From positions 749 to 64,748 of the forward strand of contig JBDHYB010000013.1 of the NCBI GenBank assembly GCA_039811145.1: a DNA stretch of 64,000 bases, read 5' to 3'. Source of the DNA: Chitinophagales bacterium. Lineage in GTDB: Bacteria > Bacteroidota > Bacteroidia > Chitinophagales > LD1. The position numbers and the translations under genes are program-made. The notes under the pieces were generated by a model that worked only from the letters and a program-made list of their open reading frames with translations, was not told where the DNA came from and searched no databases. How positions within the stretch are numbered: the stretch's first letter is position 1; every line of letters starts with the position of its first letter. This document shows positions 46,863-57,053 of the stretch, one piece after another.

Positions 46863-49800
46863 TTACCTGAAAAGCGTTAACGTACCCTTAACCGGGCGTG
46901 TTACATTGTTTAGCAACACAATATTACCCTGGTAAACATAAATGCCATTTTCGGCAGGTTTACCTTTAAATGTTCCATCCCAGCCTTGTCCGCTGTTCTC
47001 TGTTTCAAAAACTTTTTCGCCCCAGCGGTTGAATATCTCCAGCTTGAACTGTTTAACTGCATTAGTGTATATCGTCCAACTATCGTTTACACCATCACCA
47101 TTGGGGGTAAAGGCATTAGGGATGTAAACAGGCACAGCTTCATCTACCAATACGGTAAAAAGCGCTATAGCGGTGCAGCCAAGGCTGTCAGTAATTTCAA
47201 CAGTATATGTAGTGGTTTCATAAGGCTGTGCCTCGGGGTTATTGCAGGTTGTGCAACTGAGGCCATAAGCAGGGCTTATATTGAAAGTGCTATTGCCATA
47301 AACATTAGTAGCAGCCATGTTTAAAGTAATGCTTTCGTTAAGTTTAATGGATGGGTTAAGGGGTATAACCGTAACACCCGGCGCAGCAGCAGGCTGACTT
47401 ACTATACCTTGTGCAGTAGTACTGCAATTATTAGCATCGGCAACAGTTACTGTATAACTACCAGCGGCAATATTGTTCAATTGAGCTCCTCCGGCCCCGG
47501 TATTCCAGGTATAAGTATAGGGTGCAGTGCCGTCGGCAGCACTTACTTCGGCACTTCCATTGCTTACACTGTAACAGGCCGGGGTAGTTTGCATTATGGC
47601 GCTTGGTAGTTGAAACACGTTAATTGTTCTACTCATTGAATCAACGCAGCCTTGGTTGGATGTAGCCACAAGGGTTACCGTATAAGTTCCAGATGCGCTG
47701 TAGCTTTCTGTTGGGGATTGAGCACTGGATGTGTTGCCATTCCCTAAGTCCCAAACATAGGAACTGATGGAGCCTGTTGATATATTGGAGTTGTTTATAA
47801 AGTTTACAGCGTTGCCTAAACATACATCCCCGGCAGAAAAGTTAACTACCGGCAGCGGATGAATAGTAGTGTTCATAAAAGCCGTGTCGCTGCAACCATC
47901 AGTGGTAGTAACAATCTGCATAATGGCGTAAGTACCGGCAGCATTGTATGTAGTGGATGGGTTTTGCTGGTTCGAACTTTGTCCGTTACCCCAATCATAC
48001 TGCCATTGGTTTATGCTTCCTGTACCAATGGATGAGTTATCGCTTATGCTTGTTATTACTCCCCTGCATACATCGGTTACAGCAAAAGCTGCTAACGGCT
48101 TATCATAAACAGTTATCGCCTGTGTTATGGAATCGCTACAGTTTTTATCACTTACAGCAACCAGCTTTACGTTGTAAGTGCCTTGCGCAACGTAAGCATG
48201 TGTTGGCGATTGCGCGGTGCCTGTTTGTCCATCGCCTAGATCCCAAAACCATTGTGCCATAGTGCCACTGCTCAAGCTAGTGTTATTGGTAAAGGTCGTA
48301 TTCTGCCCGAGGCAAACCGGGCCTGTGCTGTATGCAACAACAGGCACGGGGTTAACTTCTACAGGCACTACAAGCGTGTCGTAGCAGTTATTGTCGGATT
48401 GAACAATCAGCTGCGCATTGTAAACCGAGGCAGAGGAATACGTGTGGGTAGGGCTGCTTTGCGTGGTAGAGTTGCCATCGCCGAAATTCCAATCGTAAGT
48501 GGTTATGTTGCCTGAAGAAATGTAAGAGGAGTTTGTAAAACTGGTAGCTACGCCCTCACAAACAGTATCTGCTGTAAAAGCAGCACTAGGCTTAGCAAAC
48601 ACGGTAACAGGAGCTGTAAAAGTATCGGAACAGGCAGCAGCGGTGCTTACAATAAGTACAGGGTTATAAGTTGCTGCTGCTGAATAACTATGCGCAGGCG
48701 ATGCCTGCGTGTCAGATCCTCCATCATCAAAATCCCAGGCATAGGTAGTAATACTGCCTGTGCTTTGGTCGGTAAACTGCACAGCGGTGGGATAACAAAT
48801 ATTTGCAGCGGCAAACGAAGCCAGCGGTTTAGGGTTAACTACTAGCTGTTGCGTGGCGGTATCAGCACAGCCATTGTTGCTTTGCACAATTAACACAGTG
48901 GAATAACTGCCTGCGGCGCTATATGTGTTTGAAGTGTTCGGCTGGTTGTCGCTATTCCCATCTCCAAAACTCCATAAGTAGGAGGTAAGTGTGCCCGCAC
49001 TTATGGATGAGTTATTGGTGAAGGATGTAGTGTTGCCTTCGCAAACGGTAGTTGCTGTAAAAGCGGCCGCAGGTTTAGCAAAAATATTCAAAGGGGTGCT
49101 TATTGTATCAGTGCAGCCCTGGGCACTAGCAGCAATAAGGGTTACATTATAACTGCCGGCCGCGGCATAGGTATGCACGGGGCTTTGCTGGCTGGCTGTA
49201 TTGCCGTCCGCAAAATCCCACGAATAAGTGGCGGCCCCGGTTGATTGGTTGGTAAAGTTAGCGGCATTAGGGAAACATACATCACTTACCGAAAATTGCG
49301 CCGTGGGCTTGCTGTTTACTAAAACGGGTTTTGTTACGGTATCAGAACAACTGTTGTTCGAAACAACCAGGGTGGCGTTATAAGTTCCCGGTGCATACTG
49401 ATGCGAGGCATTTGCTCCGCTAAAAGAGTTGCCATCACCAAAAGTCCAGTTCCATTGCGATATTGAACCTGTTGAGGTATTGGTAAATTGTGTCATTGCT
49501 CCGGCGCATACGGTATCTGCCATAAAATCAGCAGTTAATGCTTGCCCCACAATTACAGTGTGAGTTGCAGTGGTGGTGCATCCCAATACATCCGTTACGG
49601 TTAAGGTAATATTATAAGTGCCCGCCGTTGCATAATTATGCGTGGCATTAACGTTAGAGGAGGTTGGATTGGTAATCACCAGCGCGGGAGAGCCATCCCC
49701 GAAATCCCAGCTAAGGGATTGATATTGATTTAAGCCAACACTATTGCCGGAGCAGGAGGGCATAAAGTTTATCTGCACATTATCCGAAGTACAAACTACC

Positions 49801-50492
49801 GTATCCGTAATAGTAAAGTCGGCAAACAATTCATACTGGAAGTTAGTATAGTAGCAATCCTGTTGAGAGTAGTTGTAAAAACCAAAGCGGCCGGGCTCAA
49901 AACAATCCTGGTGGTCAAAAACCTGTTGCCCGTCAATAGATATAATTACCCTTGTATAGGTTAACACAATATCAAAGGCGTGGTTAAAGTTTTGAACCCA
50001 ACCTGGGCTGCCAAAAGTATTTTGTACACAGGTAAATTCAGGCGTATTGTTATGTGCCCAAAAGGTATTGTTATACTGCGAAGTGGGTATTACGCCGTCT
50101 ACCTTGTTAAGCGACATTCCTTTTGAAGCAAGTTGCCCCCCGCTTGTCTGGTTCTTTTGTTTCCAGTCAAACAGCCATGTTTTAAACGTGTCCGATTGCC
50201 CCATGGGATTTTGAAAACAGAATACAAAGCCCATGTAATCGTCATCATTATCGGTGGTTTTAAAATTGCCGGTTATGTGCACATTCATTAAATCAAACGG
50301 CGAGATAAAAAAACTGGGCTGTCCGTTAATTGTTTGATGTACCTGGTTGCCCGCCCCGTTTACTACCCAGTTGCCGTTGGCTACCCAGCCGGCCTCAGTC
50401 CAGGGATGGAAGTCAACGTTGGTTATACATTGCGAAAATGAGTGCGTAAGGCATAAAAATGCAGCCAGAAAAAAAAGTAAAACCTTTTTCAT
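46863..50492 (-). CDS. large cell-surface protein: N-terminal jelly-roll-like domain, nine PKD domains, SprB-like repeat, T9SS type B (gliding-motility) CTD
   Basis: The signal peptide begins at the ATG at 50492 (MKKVLLFFLAAFLCLTHSFSQ). There are nine W-x-[FDW]-G-[DN]-G PKD cores. The CTD is YIPNAFTPNGDGVNDSW...FNRWGEKVFE...GWDGTFKGK. Confidence 0.85.
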   Translation of the reverse strand: MKKVLLFFLAAFLCLTHSFSQCITNVDFHPWTEAGWVANGNWVVNGAGNQVHQTINGQPSFFISPFDLMNVHITGNFKTTDNDDDYMGFVFCFQNPMGQSDTFKTWLFDWKQKNQTSGGQLASKGMSLNKVDGVIPTSQYNNTFWAHNNTPEFTCVQNTFGSPGWVQNFNHAFDIVLTYTRVIISIDGQQVFDHQDCFEPGRFGFYNYSQQDCYYTNFQYELFADFTITDTVVCTSDNVQINFMPSCSGNSVGLNQYQSLSWDFGDGSPALVITNPTSSNVNATHNYATAGTYNITLTVTDVLGCTTTATHTVIVGQALTADFMADTVCAGAMTQFTNTSTGSISQWNWTFGDGNSFSGANASHQYAPGTYNATLVVSNNSCSDTVTKPVLVNSKPTAQFSVSDVCFPNAANFTNQSTGAATYSWDFADGNTASQQSPVHTYAAAGSYNVTLIAASAQGCTDTISTPLNIFAKPAAAFTATTVCEGNTTSFTNNSSISAGTLTSYLWSFGDGNSDNQPNTSNTYSAAGSYSTVLIVQSNNGCADTATQQLVVNPKPLASFAAANICYPTAVQFTDQSTGSITTYAWDFDDGGSDTQASPAHSYSAAATYNPVLIVSTAAACSDTFTAPVTVFAKPSAAFTADTVCEGVATSFTNSSYISSGNITTYDWNFGDGNSTTQSSPTHTYSSASVYNAQLIVQSDNNCYDTLVVPVEVNPVPVVAYSTGPVCLGQNTTFTNNTSLSSGTMAQWFWDLGDGQTGTAQSPTHAYVAQGTYNVKLVAVSDKNCSDSITQAITVYDKPLAAFAVTDVCRGVITSISDNSSIGTGSINQWQYDWGNGQSSNQQNPSTTYNAAGTYAIMQIVTTTDGCSDTAFMNTTIHPLPVVNFSAGDVCLGNAVNFINNSNISTGSISSYVWDLGNGNTSSAQSPTESYSASGTYTVTLVATSNQGCVDSMSRTINVFQLPSAIMQTTPACYSVSNGSAEVSAADGTAPYTYTWNTGAGGAQLNNIAAGSYTVTVADANNCSTTAQGIVSQPAAAPGVTVIPLNPSIKLNESITLNMAATNVYGNSTFNISPAYGLSCTTCNNPEAQPYETTTYTVEITDSLGCTAIALFTVLVDEAVPVYIPNAFTPNGDGVNDSWTIYTNAVKQFKLEIFNRWGEKVFETENSGQGWDGTFKGKPAENGIYVYQGNIVLLNNVTRPVKGTLTLFR
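47613..49823 (-). repeat. tandem array of nine PKD-domain coding repeats (about 240 bp period)
   Basis: The WDFGDG-type cores fall at aa 294, 381, 457, 539, 618, 700, 782, 865 and 946 of the 1241-aa ORF. Confidence 0.75.
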
Positions 50493-50776
50493 CAAATAGT
50501 CCCGTTGGTTTTGTCCATTAAAGCCTGAAAGGCTAATCGCTGTGCTGTTCAAGTATACAAAAAACTTCTCCTCTGAAGAATATTTCATGTATTCTTTTTG
50601 CCTGCAATCACCGGTTCTACTGTAACAGCCTGCTTTATAGATAGTTTATAATACATATTAGTTGCAGGTGGCAATTGCCATTTTTGACGTAAATGCCACT
50701 ATATCAACATTATTGAAACGTTAATTAAAGTGGGCTTAGCGGTTTATTCGTATTTTTGCGGCTTAAACCGATTGTA

Positions 50777-51448
50777 ATGGCGAAGCATTATGTTTCAAAT
50801 AAGGATGAGTCGGTAAGGATGTTTGAGGCGGACTGGATGGATTTTTTCAGCCGTATTGACTTTAAAGTGCCTTTATTCATCTATGTGCCGGTAATTCTGG
50901 TGTTTACCTACCGCTCACTTTTTGTAATTGATATTAACCGTTGGCTGTTTGTGCCTGTTGTTATACTGGGTATTGCCGTATGGACTTTTGCTGAATATAA
51001 CTTACACCGTTTTGTATTCCACTGGATGCCACCGGGTGAGTTGGGCAAAAAGATTCACTTTATGTTTCACGGTGTGCATCATGATTATCCGCGCGATAGT
51101 AAGCGCCTGGTAATGGTGCCTGCTGTAAGTTTGCCTTTGGCTGTGGGCTTTTACTTCCTTTTCCGCCTTATACTTGGCCCTTTGTATGTGGAACCATTTT
51201 TCGTGGGCTTTGTAATTGGCTACCTGTTTTATGATATGACCCACTATGCCCTGCACCATGCTAACTTTAAAAGCAAGTTTTGGCTGGAGTTAAAGCAGCA
51301 CCATATGATACACCACTATAGTGATCCCGATAACGGTTTTGGTGTAAGCACCACTTTTTGGGATTTGGTATACCGCACCACATTTAAAAGAAAAGAAGGC
51401 ACCAGGGTAGAAGTTGGCGCTAAAGAAGAAATGGCCGAGGTAGATTAA
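50777..51448 (+). CDS. fatty acid hydroxylase superfamily membrane protein (FA2H/Scs7-like, no cytochrome b5 domain)
   Basis: Has the His boxes HRFVFH, HGVHHDYPRD, HYALHH and HHMIHHY. The ATG at 50777 is preferred over the TTG at 50756. Confidence 0.8.
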   Translation: MAKHYVSNKDESVRMFEADWMDFFSRIDFKVPLFIYVPVILVFTYRSLFVIDINRWLFVPVVILGIAVWTFAEYNLHRFVFHWMPPGELGKKIHFMFHGVHHDYPRDSKRLVMVPAVSLPLAVGFYFLFRLILGPLYVEPFFVGFVIGYLFYDMTHYALHHANFKSKFWLELKQHHMIHHYSDPDNGFGVSTTFWDLVYRTTFKRKEGTRVEVGAKEEMAEVD

Positions 51449-52002
51449 CTCTTCGGGAAACGCATTTTATACTCTACATCAACCGCCCCTTTCGAAATTT
51501 TTTCAAGCCTGCCTTTAAGCAGGCTTTTCTTTAATGGCTTAAGGTGGTCAATAAACAGTTTGCCTTCTATATGGTCGTATTCGTGTTGTATAACACGGGC
51601 GGTTAAGCCCGTAAAGGTTTTTTCGTGCGCTTTAAAATCGCGGTCCAGGTATTTAATCTTCACCTTCTCTTCACGGTAAACATCTTCGCGTATACCGGGG
51701 ATACTCAGGCAGCCTTCTTCATAAGGCCACTCTTTGCCCGATTCTTCTATTACCTGTGCATTGATAAACACTTCGCGTATGCCTTCGCTTTCTTCCCCTT
51801 CATCATACATGCGGTTAGAGTCTACCACAAAAAGCCGGATGGCTTTGTTGATTTGCGGAGCCGCAAGGCCAACGCCCTTGGCTTTCTCCATGGTTTCAAA
51901 CATGTCATCAATCAACTTCTCAAGGCCGGGATAATCTTTCGTTATATCCTCGCCCTTTTTCCTTAACACAGGGTCGCCATAAGCTACAATAGGAAGCACC
52001 AT
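51445..52002 (-). CDS. def: peptide deformylase
   Basis: Has the three signature motifs GVGLAAPQ, EGCLSIPG and QHEYDHIEG. Confidence 0.95.
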   Translation of the reverse strand: MVLPIVAYGDPVLRKKGEDITKDYPGLEKLIDDMFETMEKAKGVGLAAPQINKAIRLFVVDSNRMYDEGEESEGIREVFINAQVIEESGKEWPYEEGCLSIPGIREDVYREEKVKIKYLDRDFKAHEKTFTGLTARVIQHEYDHIEGKLFIDHLKPLKKSLLKGRLEKISKGAVDVEYKMRFPKS

Positions 52003-52100
52003 ATTTATTGAATTCGAGCTGCGAAATACGTTTTACAAATTGAAAAAACCAAAAAGCTTATACTTAATTAAGTTATGAGCCGGAATACTTACAGGCAGAA

Positions 52101-53279
52101 TCAGCCCTTCACGTCCCATGCTTCAATAAAGCCCACTATGCCGTTTTTGGCATTCTCAAGGCTTTGCGGCTCTATATTTTCCACTATATCATGCCGGGTG
52201 TGGTAGGTAAAGTCGTAGTTTTTGGAGCTTATGCCTATGATAGTTACAGAAGGCAAACCCGCACGCGCAAAGGATACGGCATCAGTGCCGCCAATGGGCA
52301 ACATAGCCATTTTGCAGGGCAGGTTTTGCTTTTCGAAAGATTGTTTTAACCCGTTAACCAGGGCCGGAGTGTGTTTGGTCCCGTTCATCAGTTCGCGGTC
52401 AACAATGGCTACTTCGTTTACCAGCCTTACGCTGTCAATATTCACAAGGTAAGCGTTCTCCTTCATTAATTGTTCTTTCTTCAGGGCTGCATAAGCGCGT
52501 GAGCCACACAAGCCTCTTTCCTCGCTGCCAAAACTTACAAAGCGCAGGCGTGTGTTTTTTAAAATTGATTTCCCTTTTTGCTGAGGGTCTTTAAACGTTT
52601 TAAAGGATTCAAACGCAATGGCTATACCCGATAAGTTATCCTGAGCGCCATCTACGGCATGTTCTGCATGCATACTCCAGTAAACTATCAGCACGGGGCT
52701 TAGCAGCAAAAAACCAACCCATATGTAATTATGAAAAGTAGCCGGGGCAAATACATACCAGGCATAAAAAAAGGGCTGCAATACCATTAACACCCCTGCA
52801 ACTATGGTAAGCTTAACACCTAATTCCCCCAGTTTATACCACCAGGTGTATTCGCGCGTGCTATCCATGTGGCCGCTTATAACAATAGTGCTTTTAACTT
52901 CGCCCTGCGGTTCAAGTGTAGCTTCCACATTGCTGGATGTTTGCTTTTTACCGGGAAAGGTGGTTAGTATATCGCGGTAGCTCATCAAATCAAACAGAAT
53001 GAAGAATGCATTAAGCAGGGAAAGGCCGAGAGCAAACATGGCGCCTCCCGGAACCCAATACAACACCAGTGCAACTACATAAATGCCCACATAATATTTC
53101 AGTTTACCGAAACGGGCATCCAGGTATTCTTCAAATTCAAGTAGGGCTACATCATCGGTCAATTCTTCTGCTACCGATTTCATGTAGTGTTGTGCCTTCT
53201 TTTCCGCTTCACTACCTGCGGGCCTTGGCCCAAAACGGTTGATAATCTCCGTTATAAGTTCAATCATATTCATACGCAC
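52101..53279 (-). CDS. M28 family peptidase with internal transmembrane segments
   Basis: Has an M28 opening (RPAGSEAEKKAQ), metal-ligand contexts (SGHMDS, GAQDNLSG, FGSEERGLCGS) and two hydrophobic blocks at about aa 60-95 and 150-205. Confidence 0.7.
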   Translation of the reverse strand: MRMNMIELITEIINRFGPRPAGSEAEKKAQHYMKSVAEELTDDVALLEFEEYLDARFGKLKYYVGIYVVALVLYWVPGGAMFALGLSLLNAFFILFDLMSYRDILTTFPGKKQTSSNVEATLEPQGEVKSTIVISGHMDSTREYTWWYKLGELGVKLTIVAGVLMVLQPFFYAWYVFAPATFHNYIWVGFLLLSPVLIVYWSMHAEHAVDGAQDNLSGIAIAFESFKTFKDPQQKGKSILKNTRLRFVSFGSEERGLCGSRAYAALKKEQLMKENAYLVNIDSVRLVNEVAIVDRELMNGTKHTPALVNGLKQSFEKQNLPCKMAMLPIGGTDAVSFARAGLPSVTIIGISSKNYDFTYHTRHDIVENIEPQSLENAKNGIVGFIEAWDVKG

Positions 53280-53284
53280 TGCAA

Positions 53285-54940
53285 TTACCCCTCAATTTTT
53301 TGTTCAGCTATTTTTAAAACTTCTGCTTCAAGTTTAATGGCTTCGTCCAACATACTTTTAGCAGCTTTAAGTGTTTCCTCAACATACTTTTTATCGTCGT
53401 AGCTGCCTGCATTAATTTTTACATTTAAGTAAGCCCCGTAAACTGCAGCACGGGCGCATAAAGCGCCTACGCCTGCATCGCTAACGGAGTTAGGGTTTCC
53501 ATCGGCGGCCATTGCCTTTATTATTTCAAAAGAGTCAAGCGACAGTTTCATCACCTTAAACGGAATTTCTATAGCGTATCTGGTGGCCTCCTGTATAGCT
53601 TGTTTGCGGGCCGCCTTTTCGGCATCGGTTGATTTAGGTAAGCCAAAGGCATCCATAATTTTGTTGAAGGCCTTGGTATCCTCATCTACCAGGTTAAGCA
53701 GTTGGTCTTTTAGTTGCTGCCCTTTATCAGCCCAAGTGCCAAACTCCTTCCAGCGTTCATCCCATCCTTTTTTGTGCGATGACAGATTAGCCACCATAGT
53801 AGCCAAAGAAATCCCCAGCGCCCCAACATAAGCCGAAATTGAGCCGCCACCCGGCGCAGGGCTTTCGCTGGCGGTTTCGTCAGCAAATTGGCGCAGGTTC
53901 ATATTTAGTAATGGGGTAGAACTACCGTCGCGCAACATGTATTCAATAATGCGTTTCTGCGGGTCGAAGGGCGTTAACTCATCAAGCCCCATTGTTTTTA
54001 TAGCTATGCGTATCAGTTCAGCCTCACTAACGCCTGTGCTGCGTTGTTGTTTTTCAAGGAAGTATTTGCCGGCATCCAGCATAGCCTTTAAGGGTATAAG
54101 CCCTATTAACTCACTACCCGTTACGCGCATGCCGCGGTTGTAGGCGCTTGTAACACATTCATCAAACGCAATATGCACCGGTGTTATGTTGATGTTGGTA
54201 AGGTTCATGCTAACCTGTGCCAGGCCATATTCCGGTATATACCAGCCAATGCCTTTTACTGATTTGCACTTGCCGGGCTGTACCACTTCTTCCCCTTTCT
54301 CATTTTTAACCTTGCGGCCCTGCTCGCGCACATCAAAGGCAACGGAGTTGGCGCGACGTACAGAAGTAGTATTCAGGTTTACGTTATAAGCCACCAAAAA
54401 GTCGCGGGCGCCAATAGCCACATTACCGCTTTTTTCATTGAATTCTGCCGGCCCGAAATCAGGCGTCCAATCTGCCTGTTTTATCTTTTGTGCTATGCCT
54501 TCATATTCTCCGGCTCTAACTGATGCCAGGTTTTTGCGGTGGGCGGCGCTGGCGGCATACTCATACAGGTAAACAGGTATCTTTAACTCCTTGCCAACCC
54601 TTTCACCCAGTTTTTTAGCGCAGGCAATACAATCCTCCATTGTTGCATTGGCAATAGGAATAAAAGGACATACATCTGTAGCGCCAAAACGCGGGTGGGC
54701 TCCGCTATGTTTGCGCATATCTATAACTTCCTGTGCTTTGGCAATAGCGCGGTAGGCCGCCTCTACCACTTCATTCTCGCCGCCTACAAAAGTTACCACC
54801 GTACGGTTGGTGCCCTTGCCGGGGTCAACGTTTAACAACTTTATTCCTTCAACGCTTTCAATAGCATCGGTTATTTGTTTAATCACGTTCATATCGCGCC
54901 CTTCGCTAAAGTTGGGCACACATTCAATAATCTTCTTCAT
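53285..54940 (-). CDS. ftcD: bifunctional glutamate formimidoyltransferase / formimidoyl-THF cyclodeaminase
   Basis: Has the N-terminal ECVPNFSEGRD and a C-terminal cyclodeaminase helical domain (PAPGGGSISAYVGALG). Confidence 0.9.
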   Translation of the reverse strand: MKKIIECVPNFSEGRDMNVIKQITDAIESVEGIKLLNVDPGKGTNRTVVTFVGGENEVVEAAYRAIAKAQEVIDMRKHSGAHPRFGATDVCPFIPIANATMEDCIACAKKLGERVGKELKIPVYLYEYAASAAHRKNLASVRAGEYEGIAQKIKQADWTPDFGPAEFNEKSGNVAIGARDFLVAYNVNLNTTSVRRANSVAFDVREQGRKVKNEKGEEVVQPGKCKSVKGIGWYIPEYGLAQVSMNLTNINITPVHIAFDECVTSAYNRGMRVTGSELIGLIPLKAMLDAGKYFLEKQQRSTGVSEAELIRIAIKTMGLDELTPFDPQKRIIEYMLRDGSSTPLLNMNLRQFADETASESPAPGGGSISAYVGALGISLATMVANLSSHKKGWDERWKEFGTWADKGQQLKDQLLNLVDEDTKAFNKIMDAFGLPKSTDAEKAARKQAIQEATRYAIEIPFKVMKLSLDSFEIIKAMAADGNPNSVSDAGVGALCARAAVYGAYLNVKINAGSYDDKKYVEETLKAAKSMLDEAIKLEAEVLKIAEQKIEG

Positions 54941-55094
54941 CAGAAAAAATTTAGGGCGAATATATACGATTAAGCAAGCCTTATAAAATCAATAGCCCCG
55001 CACGACAACAGGGCTGTTACTTTTGTTATAGTTGTGTAAAAAGTGTTTACTACTCCACTATTGCCTTAAGCCGCTTTGTTATCTTTGGTAGTTC

Positions 55095-57011
55095 ATGGTT
55101 CGATTAGCAACTGCATTGCTTTTTCTACTGCTTACCGGGGTGCTTACAGCCCAGGACCGCGATCGTATTGCCAGGGCCGAAATGCAGGCGCACGGGCATA
55201 TACATAAGGTAGAAAGGGGAGGCGCCATAAACAATACCGATATCATTCAGCAACGCTTGGAGTTATTGGTTAATCCCGCCGTTAAATACCTTTCAGGTAA
55301 GGTAACCACCGTGTTTATTCCCCAAAACGCCATTGATTTTATTGAGTTTGATTTATCGGATTCGCTTTCGGTTGATAGTGTTTTATACCATAACAGTTCG
55401 CTATCCTTTACCCATAACGCTAATGTGGTTAGGATAAGTTTTGGACAAACCATTGCAGTAATGGACTCCGTATCAGTTTACTATTCCGGTGTGCCGGGCG
55501 GTGGCACGGGTTTTGGCTCGTTTGTGCAGGATAAGCACGATAGTATTCCTATCATATGGACCTTGTCTGAACCCTATGGCGCCCGCGATTGGTGGCCATG
55601 TAAACAAAACCTGCAGGATAAAATAGATTCATTGGATGTACTGGTTACCACACCTGATACGGTTAGAGTGGCCGGCAATGGCTTATTGGTGGAGGAACTG
55701 CATAACGGCGATAAGGTTACTTACCACTGGAAACACCGTTACCCCATAGCCGCTTATCTTGTTTGCATGGCTGCCACCAATTATGCTGCTTATTACGACT
55801 ACGTTCCTTACGCGAATGATACCCTGCCTGTGCTGAATTATGTTTACCCCGAAGACTCAGCCGATGCGCGCAATTCTACTTCTTCCATTGTGCGAATGGT
55901 GCAACTGTACGACAGCCTCTTTGGCATCTACCCTTTTAAAGAGGAGAAATACGGTCACGCCCAGTTTGGCTGGGGTGGGGGTATGGAACACCAAACCATG
56001 ACCTTTATGGGTGATTTTGGCTTTGAGTTAATGGCGCATGAATTGGCTCACCATTGGTTTGGCGATAAAGTAACCTGTGCCAGTTGGCAGGATATATGGC
56101 TTAACGAAGGTTTTGCCACCTACCTTAGCGGGCTGTGCTATGAGAATATTGCCCCGGAATGGTGGGAGGCTTTCAGGCGTACCCGAATTGAAGGGGCTTG
56201 TGTTGTTTCGGATGGCTCGGTTTGGTGCGATGATACAACTTCCGTAAGCCGCATATTTAGCCCACATCTCAGTTATTCTAAGGGTGCTATGGTATTGCAC
56301 ATGCTGCGGTATCAGTTAGGGGATAGCCTCTTTTTTGGTGCTTTGCGCAATTACCTTAATGATGTTAACCTGGCTTATGGCTTTGCTGCTACACCCGATT
56401 TGAAATATCACCTGGAAGCAGCAAGCGGCAAAGACCTTACCGGCTTTTTTACAGAGTGGGTGTACGGCAAGGGCTTTCCTTCTTATCAAATCAATTGGGC
56501 GCAGGATTTTTCTAACCAGCTTACCCTTACGCTTAACCAAACACAATCGCACCCCTCAGTTTCGTTTTTTACTATGCCGGTGCAGTTGCGTTTTATTGGC
56601 GCGCAAGGTGATACCACAATTACCTTTAACCACACACAAAGCGGTCAAACTTTTGTGCTCAATAAATTCCCTTTTGCGGTGGATACTATTGTGTTTGACC
56701 CCAACCTATGGATAGTGTCAAAGAACAGTACCCTTGCCCGAAATGCCGCCTATCAACTGGCCATGATGGTGTATCCTAACCCGGTTAGCAACACATTGCA
56801 ATTGCGGGTTGAAAGCGATGAAAGCCGCACACCTGAAATTAAAATATACAACCTTAAAGGCCAGCTAATGTGGGCCGACTCCCGGTTTATCCACTCAGGT
56901 TCCGAAACGCTAACCATTGATGTAAGCAACTTTGCAGCCGGCACGTACCGCATAGCCCTGCGCGTACCCGGCAAAACAATCACCTCCACGTTTGTAAAGG
57001 CAGGCAGATAA
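55095..57011 (+). CDS. M1 family metallopeptidase with a T9SS type A CTD
   Basis: Has GGMEHQT, HELAHHWFG and NEGFATY. The CTD is VYPNPVSNTLQLRV...GTYRIALRVPGKTITSTFVKAGR. Confidence 0.87.
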   Translation: MVRLATALLFLLLTGVLTAQDRDRIARAEMQAHGHIHKVERGGAINNTDIIQQRLELLVNPAVKYLSGKVTTVFIPQNAIDFIEFDLSDSLSVDSVLYHNSSLSFTHNANVVRISFGQTIAVMDSVSVYYSGVPGGGTGFGSFVQDKHDSIPIIWTLSEPYGARDWWPCKQNLQDKIDSLDVLVTTPDTVRVAGNGLLVEELHNGDKVTYHWKHRYPIAAYLVCMAATNYAAYYDYVPYANDTLPVLNYVYPEDSADARNSTSSIVRMVQLYDSLFGIYPFKEEKYGHAQFGWGGGMEHQTMTFMGDFGFELMAHELAHHWFGDKVTCASWQDIWLNEGFATYLSGLCYENIAPEWWEAFRRTRIEGACVVSDGSVWCDDTTSVSRIFSPHLSYSKGAMVLHMLRYQLGDSLFFGALRNYLNDVNLAYGFAATPDLKYHLEAASGKDLTGFFTEWVYGKGFPSYQINWAQDFSNQLTLTLNQTQSHPSVSFFTMPVQLRFIGAQGDTTITFNHTQSGQTFVLNKFPFAVDTIVFDPNLWIVSKNSTLARNAAYQLAMMVYPNPVSNTLQLRVESDESRTPEIKIYNLKGQLMWADSRFIHSGSETLTIDVSNFAAGTYRIALRVPGKTITSTFVKAGR

Positions 57012-57053
57012 TCTCTCTTTAATTCTGCAACTTTACCGCCAAACGTTAAGCGG

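Noticed and set aside
47613-49823. Periodic repeats considered as a possible CRISPR array or non-coding tandem repeat
   Set aside because: The period is about 240 bp and matches PKD domains in one long open frame. The copies are diverged, and there is no repeat-spacer structure.
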